DNA from: Spirochaetia bacterium
GTDB taxonomy: Bacteria > Spirochaetota > Spirochaetia > SZUA-6 > Bin103
NCBI GenBank assembly: GCA_965203905.1
Contig: CBDBDQ010000005.1
Coordinates: 384,001-448,000, forward strand
Direction: 5' to 3'
DNA length: 64,000 nucleotides
Below the pieces are notes generated by a model. The model did no database searches, was not told the origin of the DNA, and saw only the letters and a program-made list of their open reading frames with translations. A program made the position numbers and the translations under genes. Of this stretch, positions 1 to 9,625 are shown in pieces (position 1 is the first letter of the stretch; each line of letters begins with the position of its first letter).

Positions 1-1
1 C

Positions 2-1423
2 GTTCGCGAGTTCAAGCTCAACGGCATCATGGGAGTGATGGAGAAGGTCGACGACTACCAGCTCCGCATCACCTTCCCGGCGAAGTTCGGCTACTTTCCG
101 GAGCAGATCGCGATCTTCCGTCCCGGGCCGTTTCTTCCCAGGCACTACATGACCCAGTTTCACCCGGAGTACGCGTCCGAGGAGCAGCTCAGCGCAACGC
201 TCAAGGAAGAGGGGTTTACCGACTGGAAGAGCATGTGGACCTCCAAGCGTACCCACTGGGCGGTGGAGAACCCTGACATGCCGCACATCCGGCCGTGGAT
301 CATGGAGACCGACGGACGCGCCCAGGTGAACACCATGATCCGCAACCCCTACTTCTGGAAAATCGACACCGCGGGCAACCAACTACCCTACATCGACGGC
401 GTGGAAAGCATTCTGGTGGGGGACCAGGAGGCGAAGAAGCTGCAGGTGATATCAGGGGATGCCGACTACATCTACGGCGAGATGCTCGGCAAGACCGCGG
501 AGACGTTCGCGCTGCTCAAAGAAAATGAGCAACGCGGCGGGTACACTCTTATCTCGACGCGGGGCACGTTGAACAATCAGGGAACCGTCAACGTGAACAT
601 GGCCCACGACGACATGGTTCTACGCGAGCTGTTCCTTGAGAAGGACTTTCGCATTGCCCTGTCTCTGGGATTGGACCGCGACGAAATCAACCAGGTTATT
701 CACCGGGGCGCCTATATTCCCTCCCAGGTAACTCCCAATACACCATTCGGCAATGACGATACCTTCAAGCAGTACATCCGGTACGACCCGGATGCCGCCA
801 ACCGACTGCTCGACGGTCTCGACCTGGCCTGGAACAGCGACAAGACCATGCGCCTGCGGCCGGACGGAGAGCCGCTGCAACTGGTGATGTTCGTGTACAC
901 CGCGCGCGGGCCCTGGATGGTGGAGATGGCAGAGATGTACAAGCAGTATTGGAGCGACTTGGGTGTCGACGTGTTACTCAAGCCATTTGGTGAAGGCGTA
1001 TGGAACAAGATCTTTGTCGAGTCAGATTGGCACTTGGCAATGAGTCAGGCGTTCGGTGGCATGAAGGGCTACCCGGCTATCAGTCGAGGTGAGATCGTAC
1101 CGATTCACGCTCGCTTCGGGGTCACGCCGCGCTGGGCTCAGTGGATCGTCACCGACGGGGCAGAAGGCGTTGAGCCGCCCGCAGACGTGAAGCGGCTGGC
1201 CGAGATTCCCAATCTTTTCATGCAAGAGGCGGATCCCGCGAAGCGGGCTCAGATCGAGGAGGAAATCTTTCACATACACCTCGACAACATGTGGATCATC
1301 GGCGGCATGAACGCCAATCCGGATCTCAACTTCAGCCCCTTCTCGAACAGGATAAGAAACCGCGTCGGCACCGTGTGGGCGACTTATCACCACGTCGCGT
1401 CGGCCTGGTACTTCGACGAGTAA
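2..1423 (+). CDS. ABC transporter substrate-binding protein, family 5 (DppA/OppA-like), 5' truncated by window edge
   Basis: RNPYFWKIDTAGNQLPYID and FRIALSLGLDRDEIN motifs; frame open to window start; close paralog of 46821-48842. Confidence 0.92.
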   Translation, partial: VREFKLNGIMGVMEKVDDYQLRITFPAKFGYFPEQIAIFRPGPFLPRHYMTQFHPEYASEEQLSATLKEEGFTDWKSMWTSKRTHWAVENPDMPHIRPWIMETDGRAQVNTMIRNPYFWKIDTAGNQLPYIDGVESILVGDQEAKKLQVISGDADYIYGEMLGKTAETFALLKENEQRGGYTLISTRGTLNNQGTVNVNMAHDDMVLRELFLEKDFRIALSLGLDRDEINQVIHRGAYIPSQVTPNTPFGNDDTFKQYIRYDPDAANRLLDGLDLAWNSDKTMRLRPDGEPLQLVMFVYTARGPWMVEMAEMYKQYWSDLGVDVLLKPFGEGVWNKIFVESDWHLAMSQAFGGMKGYPAISRGEIVPIHARFGVTPRWAQWIVTDGAEGVEPPADVKRLAEIPNLFMQEADPAKRAQIEEEIFHIHLDNMWIIGGMNANPDLNFSPFSNRIRNRVGTVWATYHHVASAWYFDE

Positions 1424-1452
1424 GGACGCTTCCGTTATCGTAAGATCGTACC

Positions 1453-1492
1453 CGGGACTCGGTGGGCGACCGCCGGGTCCCGTTCGTTTTTT
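1453..1492 (+). terminator. Intercistronic GC stem-loop with T-run after SBP gene
   Basis: CGGGACTCGGTGG-GCGA-CCGCCGGGTCCCG followed by TTCGTTTTTT. Confidence 0.6.
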
Positions 1493-1508
1493 GGGCGAAC
1501 GAGAATAA

Positions 1509-2495
1509 GTGATTATCCTCATCTTCCGGCGCGTGGTACTGGCTTTGCCGACGTTGCTGTTCATCTCCATCGTCTCTTTTGCAATTATCCAGCTCCCGCC
1601 GGGAGACTTCGTCACCACCAGGGTCTCGCAGTGGATCGCCCAGGGAGAGTCGGTGGATGCCGAGACAGAGACCATGCTGCGCGCTCGCTACGGCGTCGAT
1701 CAACCGGTCGCGCTGCAGTACCTGAAGTGGTTACGCAACCTCATCCGCGGCGATCTCGGGGTGTCGTGGGCATGGGCCAAGCCCGTCGGTGCATTGGTCG
1801 CGGAGCGACTGCCGTGGAGCTTGCTGGTCTCCTGCATCTCGCTGGTGTTCGTGTATCTGGTGGCGATCCCCATCGGGGTGTTGTCGGCCACGAGGCAATA
1901 CACGTTATCCGACTATGCGTTTACGTTCGTCGGATTCGTCGGTCTCGCCATCCCCAATTTTCTGTTTGCATTGATCTTCCTGTGGCTGTTCTTTCTGGCC
2001 ACGGGTAACTCCGCGATAGGTTTGTTCTCGAGGGAGTATCTGTCGGCGCCGTGGAGTGTGGGCAAGGTTCTCGACCTGCTCAAACATCTCATCATTCCGG
2101 TTATCATCGTAGGCACGGCGGGTACTGCATCGCTGATCCGCGTGATGCGTGCCAACCTCCTGGATGAACTCAAAAAACAGTACGTCATAGTTGCCCGAGC
2201 CAAGGGACTGGCCGAGGGGAAACTGCTGTTTCGTTATCCGGTGAGGATGGCGATCAACCCCATCGTGAGCACCGTAGGATGGACGCTCCCGGCCCTGGTA
2301 AACGGTGAATTGCTCACCTCTATCGTGCTCGGTTTACCTACCTTGGCGCCGGTACTGCTGCAGTCATTGCTGACCGAAGACTTGTACCTGGCAGGCAGCA
2401 TCATCTTCATCCTCAGCATTCTTACCGTCGTGGGTACTCTGTTGTCTGATTTGCTCCTGGTGTGGGCCGATCCGCGTATTCGAGACGCCGTATGA
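1509..2495 (+). CDS. ABC transporter permease (DppB/OppB-like)
   Basis: IIQLPPGDF N-terminus, ARAKGL EAA loop, DPRIR C-terminus. Confidence 0.93.
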   Translation: MIILIFRRVVLALPTLLFISIVSFAIIQLPPGDFVTTRVSQWIAQGESVDAETETMLRARYGVDQPVALQYLKWLRNLIRGDLGVSWAWAKPVGALVAERLPWSLLVSCISLVFVYLVAIPIGVLSATRQYTLSDYAFTFVGFVGLAIPNFLFALIFLWLFFLATGNSAIGLFSREYLSAPWSVGKVLDLLKHLIIPVIIVGTAGTASLIRVMRANLLDELKKQYVIVARAKGLAEGKLLFRYPVRMAINPIVSTVGWTLPALVNGELLTSIVLGLPTLAPVLLQSLLTEDLYLAGSIIFILSILTVVGTLLSDLLLVWADPRIRDAV

Positions 2496-3613
2496 GTTCC
2501 ATTCTGATCCGCGACGAGGCTGCACAGGAACGCTACTTCCTGGCCTCTCAATGGCAGCTCGCGCGGTGGCGCTTCTTCAAGCACAAGATGGCTGTGATCG
2601 CGCTGGTGATCCTGGCGGGGTATTATCTGGTTGCCTTGCTTGCCGAGTTCGTCGCGCCCTACGATCCTCACAACTTTGACAAGGATCTGGTGCTGGCGCC
2701 GCCCCAACTGCCTAAATTTATCGACGATGATGGCCGTTTTCGTCTGCGACCCTTTGTCTACAAGATGGAGAAGGCGATCGACCCTGCGACGTGGCAGATT
2801 TCCTATACCGAGGTGCGCTCCGTTCGCTATCCGATTCATCTGTTGGTGCGCGGGGCGCCGTACAAGATGTGGGGATTGATTGCCGGTGACCTGCACCTGT
2901 TCGGCACCAAGGAAGGAGTGTACTCACCGCTGGGCAGGGACCGCGGCGGGCGCGACCTGTTCACCCGCGTCGTCTACGGCAGCCGGGTGTCGGTGTCCAT
3001 CGGTCTGCTCGGCGTCGTGGTAAGTGCCATCATCGGGATCGCCATCGGCGGAGTCTCAGGCTATTACGGCGGCCGCGTCGATTTGGCCATCCAGCGCACC
3101 ATCGAGGCGATTCGATCGATTCCGACGTTGCCGCTGTGGATGGGGCTGAGTGCTATGCTGCCGTTGACATGGTCGGTGACCAAGGTCTACTTCGCCATCG
3201 TGCTCATCGTCTCGCTGGTGGGATGGACCGAGCTGGCTCGGGTCGTACGGGGCAAGTTTCTGGCCCTGCGCCGTGACGACTTCGTCCTCGCCGCAGCGAT
3301 AGCCGGCAGCGGCGATGCGAAGATCATCTACCGTCACATGCTCCCGTCGTTCCTGAGCCACGTGATCGCTACCCTGACTCTCGCCATCCCCCACATGATC
3401 CTGGCGGAGACGGCGCTGAGCTTCATCGGCCTGGGGATGCAGGCTCCGGCGATAAGTTGGGGAGTGTTGCTCAAGGCCGCCCAGAACCTCGAGACGCTGG
3501 CCAAGGCGCCGTGGATCCTGACGCCGGCGCTCGCGGTAGTCGTCTGTATCCTGTCGTTCAACTTCGTCGGCGACGGGGTGCGCGACGCCGCTGATCCGTA
3601 CTCCCACGGTTGA
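2492..3613 (+). CDS. ABC transporter permease (DppC/OppC-like)
   Basis: ATGA overlap with upstream stop; GRDLFTRVVYG, ETALSFIGLG, GDGVRDAADPY motifs. Confidence 0.93.
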   Translation: MSSILIRDEAAQERYFLASQWQLARWRFFKHKMAVIALVILAGYYLVALLAEFVAPYDPHNFDKDLVLAPPQLPKFIDDDGRFRLRPFVYKMEKAIDPATWQISYTEVRSVRYPIHLLVRGAPYKMWGLIAGDLHLFGTKEGVYSPLGRDRGGRDLFTRVVYGSRVSVSIGLLGVVVSAIIGIAIGGVSGYYGGRVDLAIQRTIEAIRSIPTLPLWMGLSAMLPLTWSVTKVYFAIVLIVSLVGWTELARVVRGKFLALRRDDFVLAAAIAGSGDAKIIYRHMLPSFLSHVIATLTLAIPHMILAETALSFIGLGMQAPAISWGVLLKAAQNLETLAKAPWILTPALAVVVCILSFNFVGDGVRDAADPYSHG

Positions 3614-3652
3614 GGAATTCGTGCGCAAAGGGCGGCGACATCAACGTCGTTT

Positions 3653-3965
3653 TCATGTGCTTTCTGGAATGACGCGGGCCACGTCTCTGTCGGCGTCCTG
3701 AAGCAGATCTTCCAAACGGGAAAACAGCCTCAATGTGTGGGGACGTAGTCCTTCCTCCTTGGCAAGATCAGGTGCGAGTCCATTGTTATAGTCTCTGTCC
3801 TTGAAGAAGGCTTTGTCCCCCGTAACCAGACAGACATCCGCTTCCTCAAGCAACTCAAGACAATTGGCCCAAATGTGATTCTTGGCCTCTATCCCGCGAG
3901 CGGACTTCAATCCGCGCTGCGAGATCCAGATGTTGCTATCGAAGACTACGAACAAGGCGCTCGCG
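3653..3965 (-). pseudogene. Internally deleted PIN-domain-like protein remnant
   Basis: FVVFDSNIWIS (PIN strand 1 with Asp) joined almost directly to IWANCLEL...VCLVTGDKAF (PIN C-terminal T-x-D motif); the middle of the domain appears to be missing. Confidence 0.5.
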
Positions 3966-4520
3966 CGAGTCGGCGGAATGCTGCTGAGCGTTCCCGCCAT
4001 GAAGATCACCGTGATCCTCGGAACTCACCATCGCGTTCAGCAAAATGGGTTCCCGAGGCGGGATGTCGTCCTTCGGGGGGATTCGACAGGCAAGTCTTGC
4101 AGCAGGTCCTCGCGACATGCAGCACAACCCCAGCGGCACTACTTCGACCTCGAACGAAACGCCATATTCCGGTATCTTCATGGCGATCCCCAACCCATCG
4201 GAATTGGGCTTATTGCCCGGCGTATACCCATAGGAATGGTCGACTGCCCAGCGCTTCCACACGCCATCGAAAGCGTACCTGTACGCTACGCCACCGACGA
4301 ATGAGGCTGGATCCCAACTCCAACCCCAACGCACGTGGATGTCGTCTTCCCATCCTTCAACGTGGATACTCAGCTTCGATACCATTCCGGGCCGAAATAC
4401 GCGTGAGAACTTGGCCAATCCTTGGACGACGTCGTCGTGAACGCTGATTTCGGTTCTTGGCTCTACGGCCAGTTCCCCATTAGCTTCAATCCATCGGTCC
4501 TCCAGGTGAGGAGTACTCAT
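3936..4520 (-). CDS. Hypothetical protein (aromatic/Gly-rich)
   Basis: 194-aa ORF with upstream GGAGG; no family recognised. Confidence 0.45.
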   Translation of the reverse strand: MSTPHLEDRWIEANGELAVEPRTEISVHDDVVQGLAKFSRVFRPGMVSKLSIHVEGWEDDIHVRWGWSWDPASFVGGVAYRYAFDGVWKRWAVDHSYGYTPGNKPNSDGLGIAMKIPEYGVSFEVEVVPLGLCCMSRGPAARLACRIPPKDDIPPREPILLNAMVSSEDHGDLHGGNAQQHSADSRERLVRSLR

Positions 4521-4702
4521 GTGACAGTGCCTCCTGTCTGCCGCCGGTCATCCGCCAAGTTAGCGGCACCCCCTGCCTATACGCAGGGGCACGCGCGATT
4601 ATATCCGAGCAAATGGCAACCTTCCAACGCCCCATCGGCATCGTGCGGCATCGTGCTGCTGCTCAAGGTCACCGCCCTCCATTCGCTCCGAATCCGCTCT
4701 GC

Positions 4703-4924
4703 CTACGTCCTCGGGATGAAGCCGCGGCGGGACTCAGGGGCCGTTCGGGTAGCGGCAGGAGACGTCGATCTCCACTCGCTGAGCACCAGCCGCATTCCTT
4801 GGCGAGGCGCGGGTGGCGTTCCGCGCGCACGCTGATGAGGTTGACGGCGGAGCGCGGCGGCGCCTGCCTGGTCGGCCATCAGGTACTTGAAGGCGGCGTC
4901 GTACATCGGGTTGGCGATCCGCAT
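4703..4924 (-). pseudogene. Remnant of Rpn/PD-(D/E)XK transposase-like protein N-terminus
   Basis: Starts MRIANPMYDAAFKYLM, typical of this family's N-terminus, then degenerates. Confidence 0.5.
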
Positions 4925-4964
4925 CGCTTCAGATTAATTCGCCGCCCGCGGGCCGGCAAGCGCC

Positions 4965-6110
4965 CTATACGCTGCAGGCGACCGAGCCGTCGCTGCGGAG
5001 CAGCGGTTCGCGCGGCGGGAGCTCGGCGCGGGTGGATGCCTGTGCCCGCTCCAGTGCCGCGGCGTCGAGATCGATTCCCAGACCGGGCGCCTCGGGCACG
5101 GAGAGAAACCCGCCGGCCCGCCGGAGGGCGGTGCGGTACACGGCATTCGCAGGCGCCTCGTCCTGCCTGGTGTACTCCTGGGTGACGAAGTTGGGGATGC
5201 AGGTGTCCAGGTGTACCGAGGCCGCGGTCAGCACCGGGCCGAGGAAGTTGTGGGTCACCACGGCGCAGTGGAAGGATTCGGCGATGGCGGCGATCTTCTT
5301 GCAGTGAGTCAGGCCTCCCGCCAGGCCCACGTCCGGGCGCACGTACTGCGGCCCGCCGCAGGCAAGCAGCTCCCGGAACTCCCAGATCGAGTGCAGCCGT
5401 TCGCCGTTGGCCACCGGGATGGAGATGCGGCGCGCGACCTCCGCCTGCGACACGATGCTGTCGATCTGGATCGGGTCTTCGTAGAACAGGGGACGGAACT
5501 CGGCCACGGCCTCCGCCAGCGGCACCGCGACCAGCGGCGTGAGCTTGCGGTGTATCTCCAGGATCAGGTCCACGTCGTCACCCACCGCCTCCCTGGCCGC
5601 CGCCACCAGGTCGCGGACCGACGAGATCTGGCGCGCGTGAGTCATATCCTGGTATCCGTCCGGGAGCGGATCGAACTTGACCGCCGTGAACCCTTCCGCC
5701 GCGGCCGCGCGCGCATGAGCGGCCACCTCGTCCGGGGTGTCTCCCCCCTCCATCAGCAGGTGCAGACGGACCCGGTCCCGGCATCTGCCACCCATCAGCT
5801 CCCAGACCGGCGCCTGGAAGTGCTTGCCCTTGATGTCCCAGAGCGCGATGTCCACCGCGCTCACCGCCCCGGAAAGCGCGGAGCCGCGGAACGGCCCGGT
5901 GCGGTAGTTCGCCTGCCAGTGGTGCTCGATGCGGAACGGGTCCTGCCCCACCAGGTAGGACGCGAACCGCTCCACGATCTGCTGCACCGCTTCCGGGTAG
6001 CCCCAGCACGCCGTCTGCCCCAGCCCGGTCAACCCGGACTCGGTGCGGATCCGCACCACGTAGGTCTCGCCAACCCGAATCGATTCGACCTGCTCGATCT
6101 TCGTCGCCAT
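4965..6110 (-). CDS. Mandelate racemase/muconate lactonizing enzyme family protein (galactonate dehydratase-like)
   Basis: AVDIALWDIKGK, KFDP, EDP, GERL, PDVGLAGG, HN motifs of enolase superfamily. Confidence 0.9.
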   Translation of the reverse strand: MATKIEQVESIRVGETYVVRIRTESGLTGLGQTACWGYPEAVQQIVERFASYLVGQDPFRIEHHWQANYRTGPFRGSALSGAVSAVDIALWDIKGKHFQAPVWELMGGRCRDRVRLHLLMEGGDTPDEVAAHARAAAAEGFTAVKFDPLPDGYQDMTHARQISSVRDLVAAAREAVGDDVDLILEIHRKLTPLVAVPLAEAVAEFRPLFYEDPIQIDSIVSQAEVARRISIPVANGERLHSIWEFRELLACGGPQYVRPDVGLAGGLTHCKKIAAIAESFHCAVVTHNFLGPVLTAASVHLDTCIPNFVTQEYTRQDEAPANAVYRTALRRAGGFLSVPEAPGLGIDLDAAALERAQASTRAELPPREPLLRSDGSVACSV

Positions 6111-6216
6111 CTGTCACTTCCCTCCTCCTGAGAAATACTTGCCCAGAACGGCATCGGGTGCCAGGACGTCGCGCCCGATTCCCGTTACTGTGCAGATCCA
6201 GGAGGAAGGATCGCCG

Positions 6217-7593
6217 ATGCTGCCCCGGATCGAGGACCTGAAGGTGGTGCTGCTCGACGTCATCGCGGACCGTGCCGAGCGCGGCTACGAGGTGGCCGGA
6301 TTCCGCGAACGGGTCCAGGCCGCGCCCGCGAGCTACGACGAGCTCGCGGCCATTCATCGCGCGCTGGACGAAGCGCCGCGGCGGTCGGATTGGCCCTACG
6401 TGGAGCCCGACGACCTGGAAGCGATCTGGGACCAGTGTCCGGATCTGCCTGCCGATCCGCTGCAGCAGGTCGACCTCGACGCTGCGGGCCGGAGGGCGGA
6501 GGCCGGGTTTCTGGGGTCGGTGTGCGGCTGCGTGCTGGGCAAGCCGGTGGAGGTGCGCACCACCATGGAAGCCCTGCAGCGTGCCGCCGAGGCCGCCGGC
6601 GAGTGGCCGATCCGGGACTACCTGAGCGAGGCCCTGCTCGACGCCCTCGGCGACCGCCACCGGAGCTGGCGGGAGGCGGTACGCGGCCGGATCCGCTTCG
6701 TCGCCCGCGACGACGACATCAACTACACCGTGCTGGGGATGCTGATCCTGGAGCGGCACGGCATCGGCTTCAGCCGGGGCGACGTGATGCAGATGTGGCT
6801 GACCAACCTGCCGCTCTCCTATACCTTCGGGCCGGAGCGGATGCTGCTGACGCGCGCGTCCGCGGTCGGCATCGCCGAACGCCTGCGCCAGGGCCGCGGC
6901 CTGGACGGGATCGGCGACGACCCGGAGCCGGTCCTGGCGGAGTTGGTGGCGAGCTGGAACCCGGGCGACGAGCTGTGCGGTGCGCAGATCCGTGCCGACG
7001 CCTACGGCTACGCCTGTCCCGGCCGGCCGCGGCTGGCCGCCACCCTGGCCTGGCGCGACGCGGGCTGGACCCATCGCGGCACCGGCGTCTACGGCGCCAT
7101 GTTCGCCGCCGCGGCCATTGCCGGCGCCTTCGTCATCGACGATCCGCTGGAGCTGTGCCGCATGGCGCTGCGCTGTGTCCCACGCCGCAGCCGCTTCCAC
7201 GAGCGCGTCGGCGACTGCCTGGAGCAGGTCGCGCAGGCGAGCGACTGGCACGACGGCTATCGCCGGATCCACGACCGCTATGGCTGCTACGGGCACTGCC
7301 GGATCTACCAGGAGACCGGCACCCTCATCAACACCCTGCGCTTCGCCGCCGGGGTGGAGGAGGGCATCTGCATGCAGGTGAGCCAGGGCAACGATACCGA
7401 CAGCTACGGCGCCACGGCCGGTTCCTTGCTGGGGATCCTGCACGGCCGAGCGCCGGAAGCGCGCTGGCTGGCGCCCTTCCACGACGAGATCCGCACCACC
7501 GTGGCCGGCCTGTACGAGTCCTCGCTGAGCAAGGTGGCGCAGCGCATGGGCCGGCTGCCGCAGCTCGTCGCGGCGCAGCTCGCCGAACGTTGA
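6217..7593 (+). CDS. ADP-ribosylglycohydrolase family protein
   Basis: G(S)xCGCxLGKPVE, DDDINYT, GAQIRAD, GNDTDSYGATAGS motifs; SD GGAGGAAGGA before ATG 6217. Confidence 0.88.
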   Translation: MLPRIEDLKVVLLDVIADRAERGYEVAGFRERVQAAPASYDELAAIHRALDEAPRRSDWPYVEPDDLEAIWDQCPDLPADPLQQVDLDAAGRRAEAGFLGSVCGCVLGKPVEVRTTMEALQRAAEAAGEWPIRDYLSEALLDALGDRHRSWREAVRGRIRFVARDDDINYTVLGMLILERHGIGFSRGDVMQMWLTNLPLSYTFGPERMLLTRASAVGIAERLRQGRGLDGIGDDPEPVLAELVASWNPGDELCGAQIRADAYGYACPGRPRLAATLAWRDAGWTHRGTGVYGAMFAAAAIAGAFVIDDPLELCRMALRCVPRRSRFHERVGDCLEQVAQASDWHDGYRRIHDRYGCYGHCRIYQETGTLINTLRFAAGVEEGICMQVSQGNDTDSYGATAGSLLGILHGRAPEARWLAPFHDEIRTTVAGLYESSLSKVAQRMGRLPQLVAAQLAER

Positions 7594-7625
7594 CGCGCAG
7601 GTCGTGCTATCGTGGGGTTTCAGCG

Positions 7626-8681
7626 ATGGGAGATCAGGTAGCGCAGAAGTTCCGGGTAGCGGTAACGGCGGACGCCTTCGATGCCGACGGCGAGCCGCGC
7701 TTCGCGGAGATGGGGCTGGAGATCCTCGAACGGACGCCGGGGGTGGAGTATCGGCCGCTGGACGAGTACCGCCCGGTTCTCGAAGCCCGCCAACTGGAGG
7801 GGCTGCAGGGCCTCTTGGTGCTCGACGGCGGCGTCGACGCGGCGACGCTGAGCCGGAGCGAGGAGTTTCTGGCGCTGAGCCGGTTCGGCGTCGGCTACGA
7901 TCAGATCGACGTTCCCGCCTGCACCGAAGCCGACGTCGTGTTGCTGATTGCCGCCGGCGCGGTGGACCGCTCGATGGCGGAGGCGACCGTCGGCTGGATG
8001 ATCGCCATCACCCACCACACGCTGCTCAAGGACCGCATGGTGCGCCGGGGCGACTGGGAGCGGTCGCGCTGCGTCGGGGTGGAGTTGCGCGACCGTACTC
8101 TGGGGGTGATCGGACTGGGCGGCATCGCGCGTGAGACCATCCGCCTGCTGGCGCCGTTCGGCATGCGGCCGCCGCTCGCCTGCGACCCGTACGTGGACCC
8201 GGCCGTCGGCGCGGCGCTGGGGGTGGAGCTGGTGGATCTCGCCACCCTGCTCGCGGGCGCGGACTTCGTGTCGCTGCATTGCCCGTTGAACGACACCACC
8301 CGCGGCCTGCTGGGCGCCCGCGAGCTGGCGTTGATGAAACCGGACGCCTACCTGATCAACACCGCGCGCGGCGGCCTGGTGGACGAGGACGCCTTGCTTG
8401 CAGCGCTCGGCGAGGGCCGCATCGCCGGTGCCGCCCTCGACTGCTTCGCCGACGAGCCGCACACCGATCCGCAGCGGTGGCAGGGACTGGACAACGTGAT
8501 TCTGGCGCCGCACTGCATCGGCTGGACCGACGAGCTGTTCCGCGACATGGGCAGGGCGGCGTGCCGCGGGATCGTCGACCTGGCCCAGGGGCGCCGGCCA
8601 CACGGCATGGTGAACCCGGAGGTGCTGGCCAAGGCCTCGTTCCAGGACAAGTGGCGGCGCCTGCGCATCGCACCCGGCTGA
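7626..8681 (+). CDS. D-isomer specific 2-hydroxyacid dehydrogenase (SerA-like)
   Basis: RFGVGYD, GLGGIA, SLHCPL, INTARGGLVDE, APH motifs. Confidence 0.9.
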   Translation: MGDQVAQKFRVAVTADAFDADGEPRFAEMGLEILERTPGVEYRPLDEYRPVLEARQLEGLQGLLVLDGGVDAATLSRSEEFLALSRFGVGYDQIDVPACTEADVVLLIAAGAVDRSMAEATVGWMIAITHHTLLKDRMVRRGDWERSRCVGVELRDRTLGVIGLGGIARETIRLLAPFGMRPPLACDPYVDPAVGAALGVELVDLATLLAGADFVSLHCPLNDTTRGLLGARELALMKPDAYLINTARGGLVDEDALLAALGEGRIAGAALDCFADEPHTDPQRWQGLDNVILAPHCIGWTDELFRDMGRAACRGIVDLAQGRRPHGMVNPEVLAKASFQDKWRRLRIAPG

Positions 8682-8749
8682 GCCGGCGCGCCGCCCCGAG
8701 GAGGGAGCATGAACCGTAACTTGCGCCGCACGGGCGCCGGAGCCGCGTG

Positions 8750-9625
8750 ATGGCGCCGGCAACCGCCCCCGCGGCCACCGAGCTGCTGCCGGCTGTCAAC
8801 GCCGACGGCCTGCCGGTGGTGCCGATGAGCGACGAGCAGAAGTACCTGTTCGACTTGAAGGGCTGGATCACCCTGCCGGGTCTGCTGGAGGAGCGGCGGT
8901 TGGAGCGGATCCGCGCCCACCAGATGCAGTTTCTCTATCACCCCGAGACGCTGCCGCCGGAAGAACGGGACAACCACGGCGGCCCCTCGCAGGTGCTGCT
9001 CGATGCGCCGGCGGTGGTCGGCGTGCTGAACGAGATCATTTCCCATCAGCCGCTGGCGGCGGAGGACTGCTACGGGTTCCGTTTCGACCACACCTATACC
9101 AGCCACCGGCAGGCCGGCCACGACAATTTCAACCCCCACGGCGGCGGCGGGCTGTTCAACTTCAGCGGCAACTCGCACCTCTACCAGATGCACCCGGGCA
9201 GGGTCCACGCCGGCCTGGTACGGGTGGTGTGGGAGCTGAACCAGGTGGCCGCGGGAGAGGGCGGCACGCTGTTCCTGTCCGGCAGCCACAAGAGCGCGTT
9301 CGCGCGGCCCGAGTCGCTCTCCGGCCGCGACAGTGCGTTGTGGGAGACCTACTCCTGTCCGCCCGGCTCGGCGGTGATCTTCACCGAGGCGCTGTGCCAC
9401 ACCGGAACGCGGTGGAGCAACACCAGCCGCGACCGCTTGAGCCTGTTCACCTGTTACAATACGGTGAACGCGAAGTGGGGGAAGGCGTGTCCGCCCCCCG
9501 CAGTGATCGCAGCCATGCCACCGCTGCGGCGCACGCTGTATCGCGGAGTGTGGCACGGCATGCGCGAGGTGCCGAACATCAACAAGTACCATGACGAAGC
9601 CAACACCGGACGCTTTGTGGATTGA
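8750..9625 (+). CDS. Phytanoyl-CoA dioxygenase (PhyH) family protein
   Basis: EQKYLFDLKGW, GGTLFLSGSHK, FTEALCHTG motifs. Confidence 0.82.
   Translation: MAPATAPAATELLPAVNADGLPVVPMSDEQKYLFDLKGWITLPGLLEERRLERIRAHQMQFLYHPETLPPEERDNHGGPSQVLLDAPAVVGVLNEIISHQPLAAEDCYGFRFDHTYTSHRQAGHDNFNPHGGGGLFNFSGNSHLYQMHPGRVHAGLVRVVWELNQVAAGEGGTLFLSGSHKSAFARPESLSGRDSALWETYSCPPGSAVIFTEALCHTGTRWSNTSRDRLSLFTCYNTVNAKWGKACPPPAVIAAMPPLRRTLYRGVWHGMREVPNINKYHDEANTGRFVD

Noticed and set aside
1453-1492. Stem-loops after SBP genes as a novel RNA family
   Set aside because: Their sequences are unrelated to each other; consistent with ordinary mRNA-stabilising or terminating hairpins.
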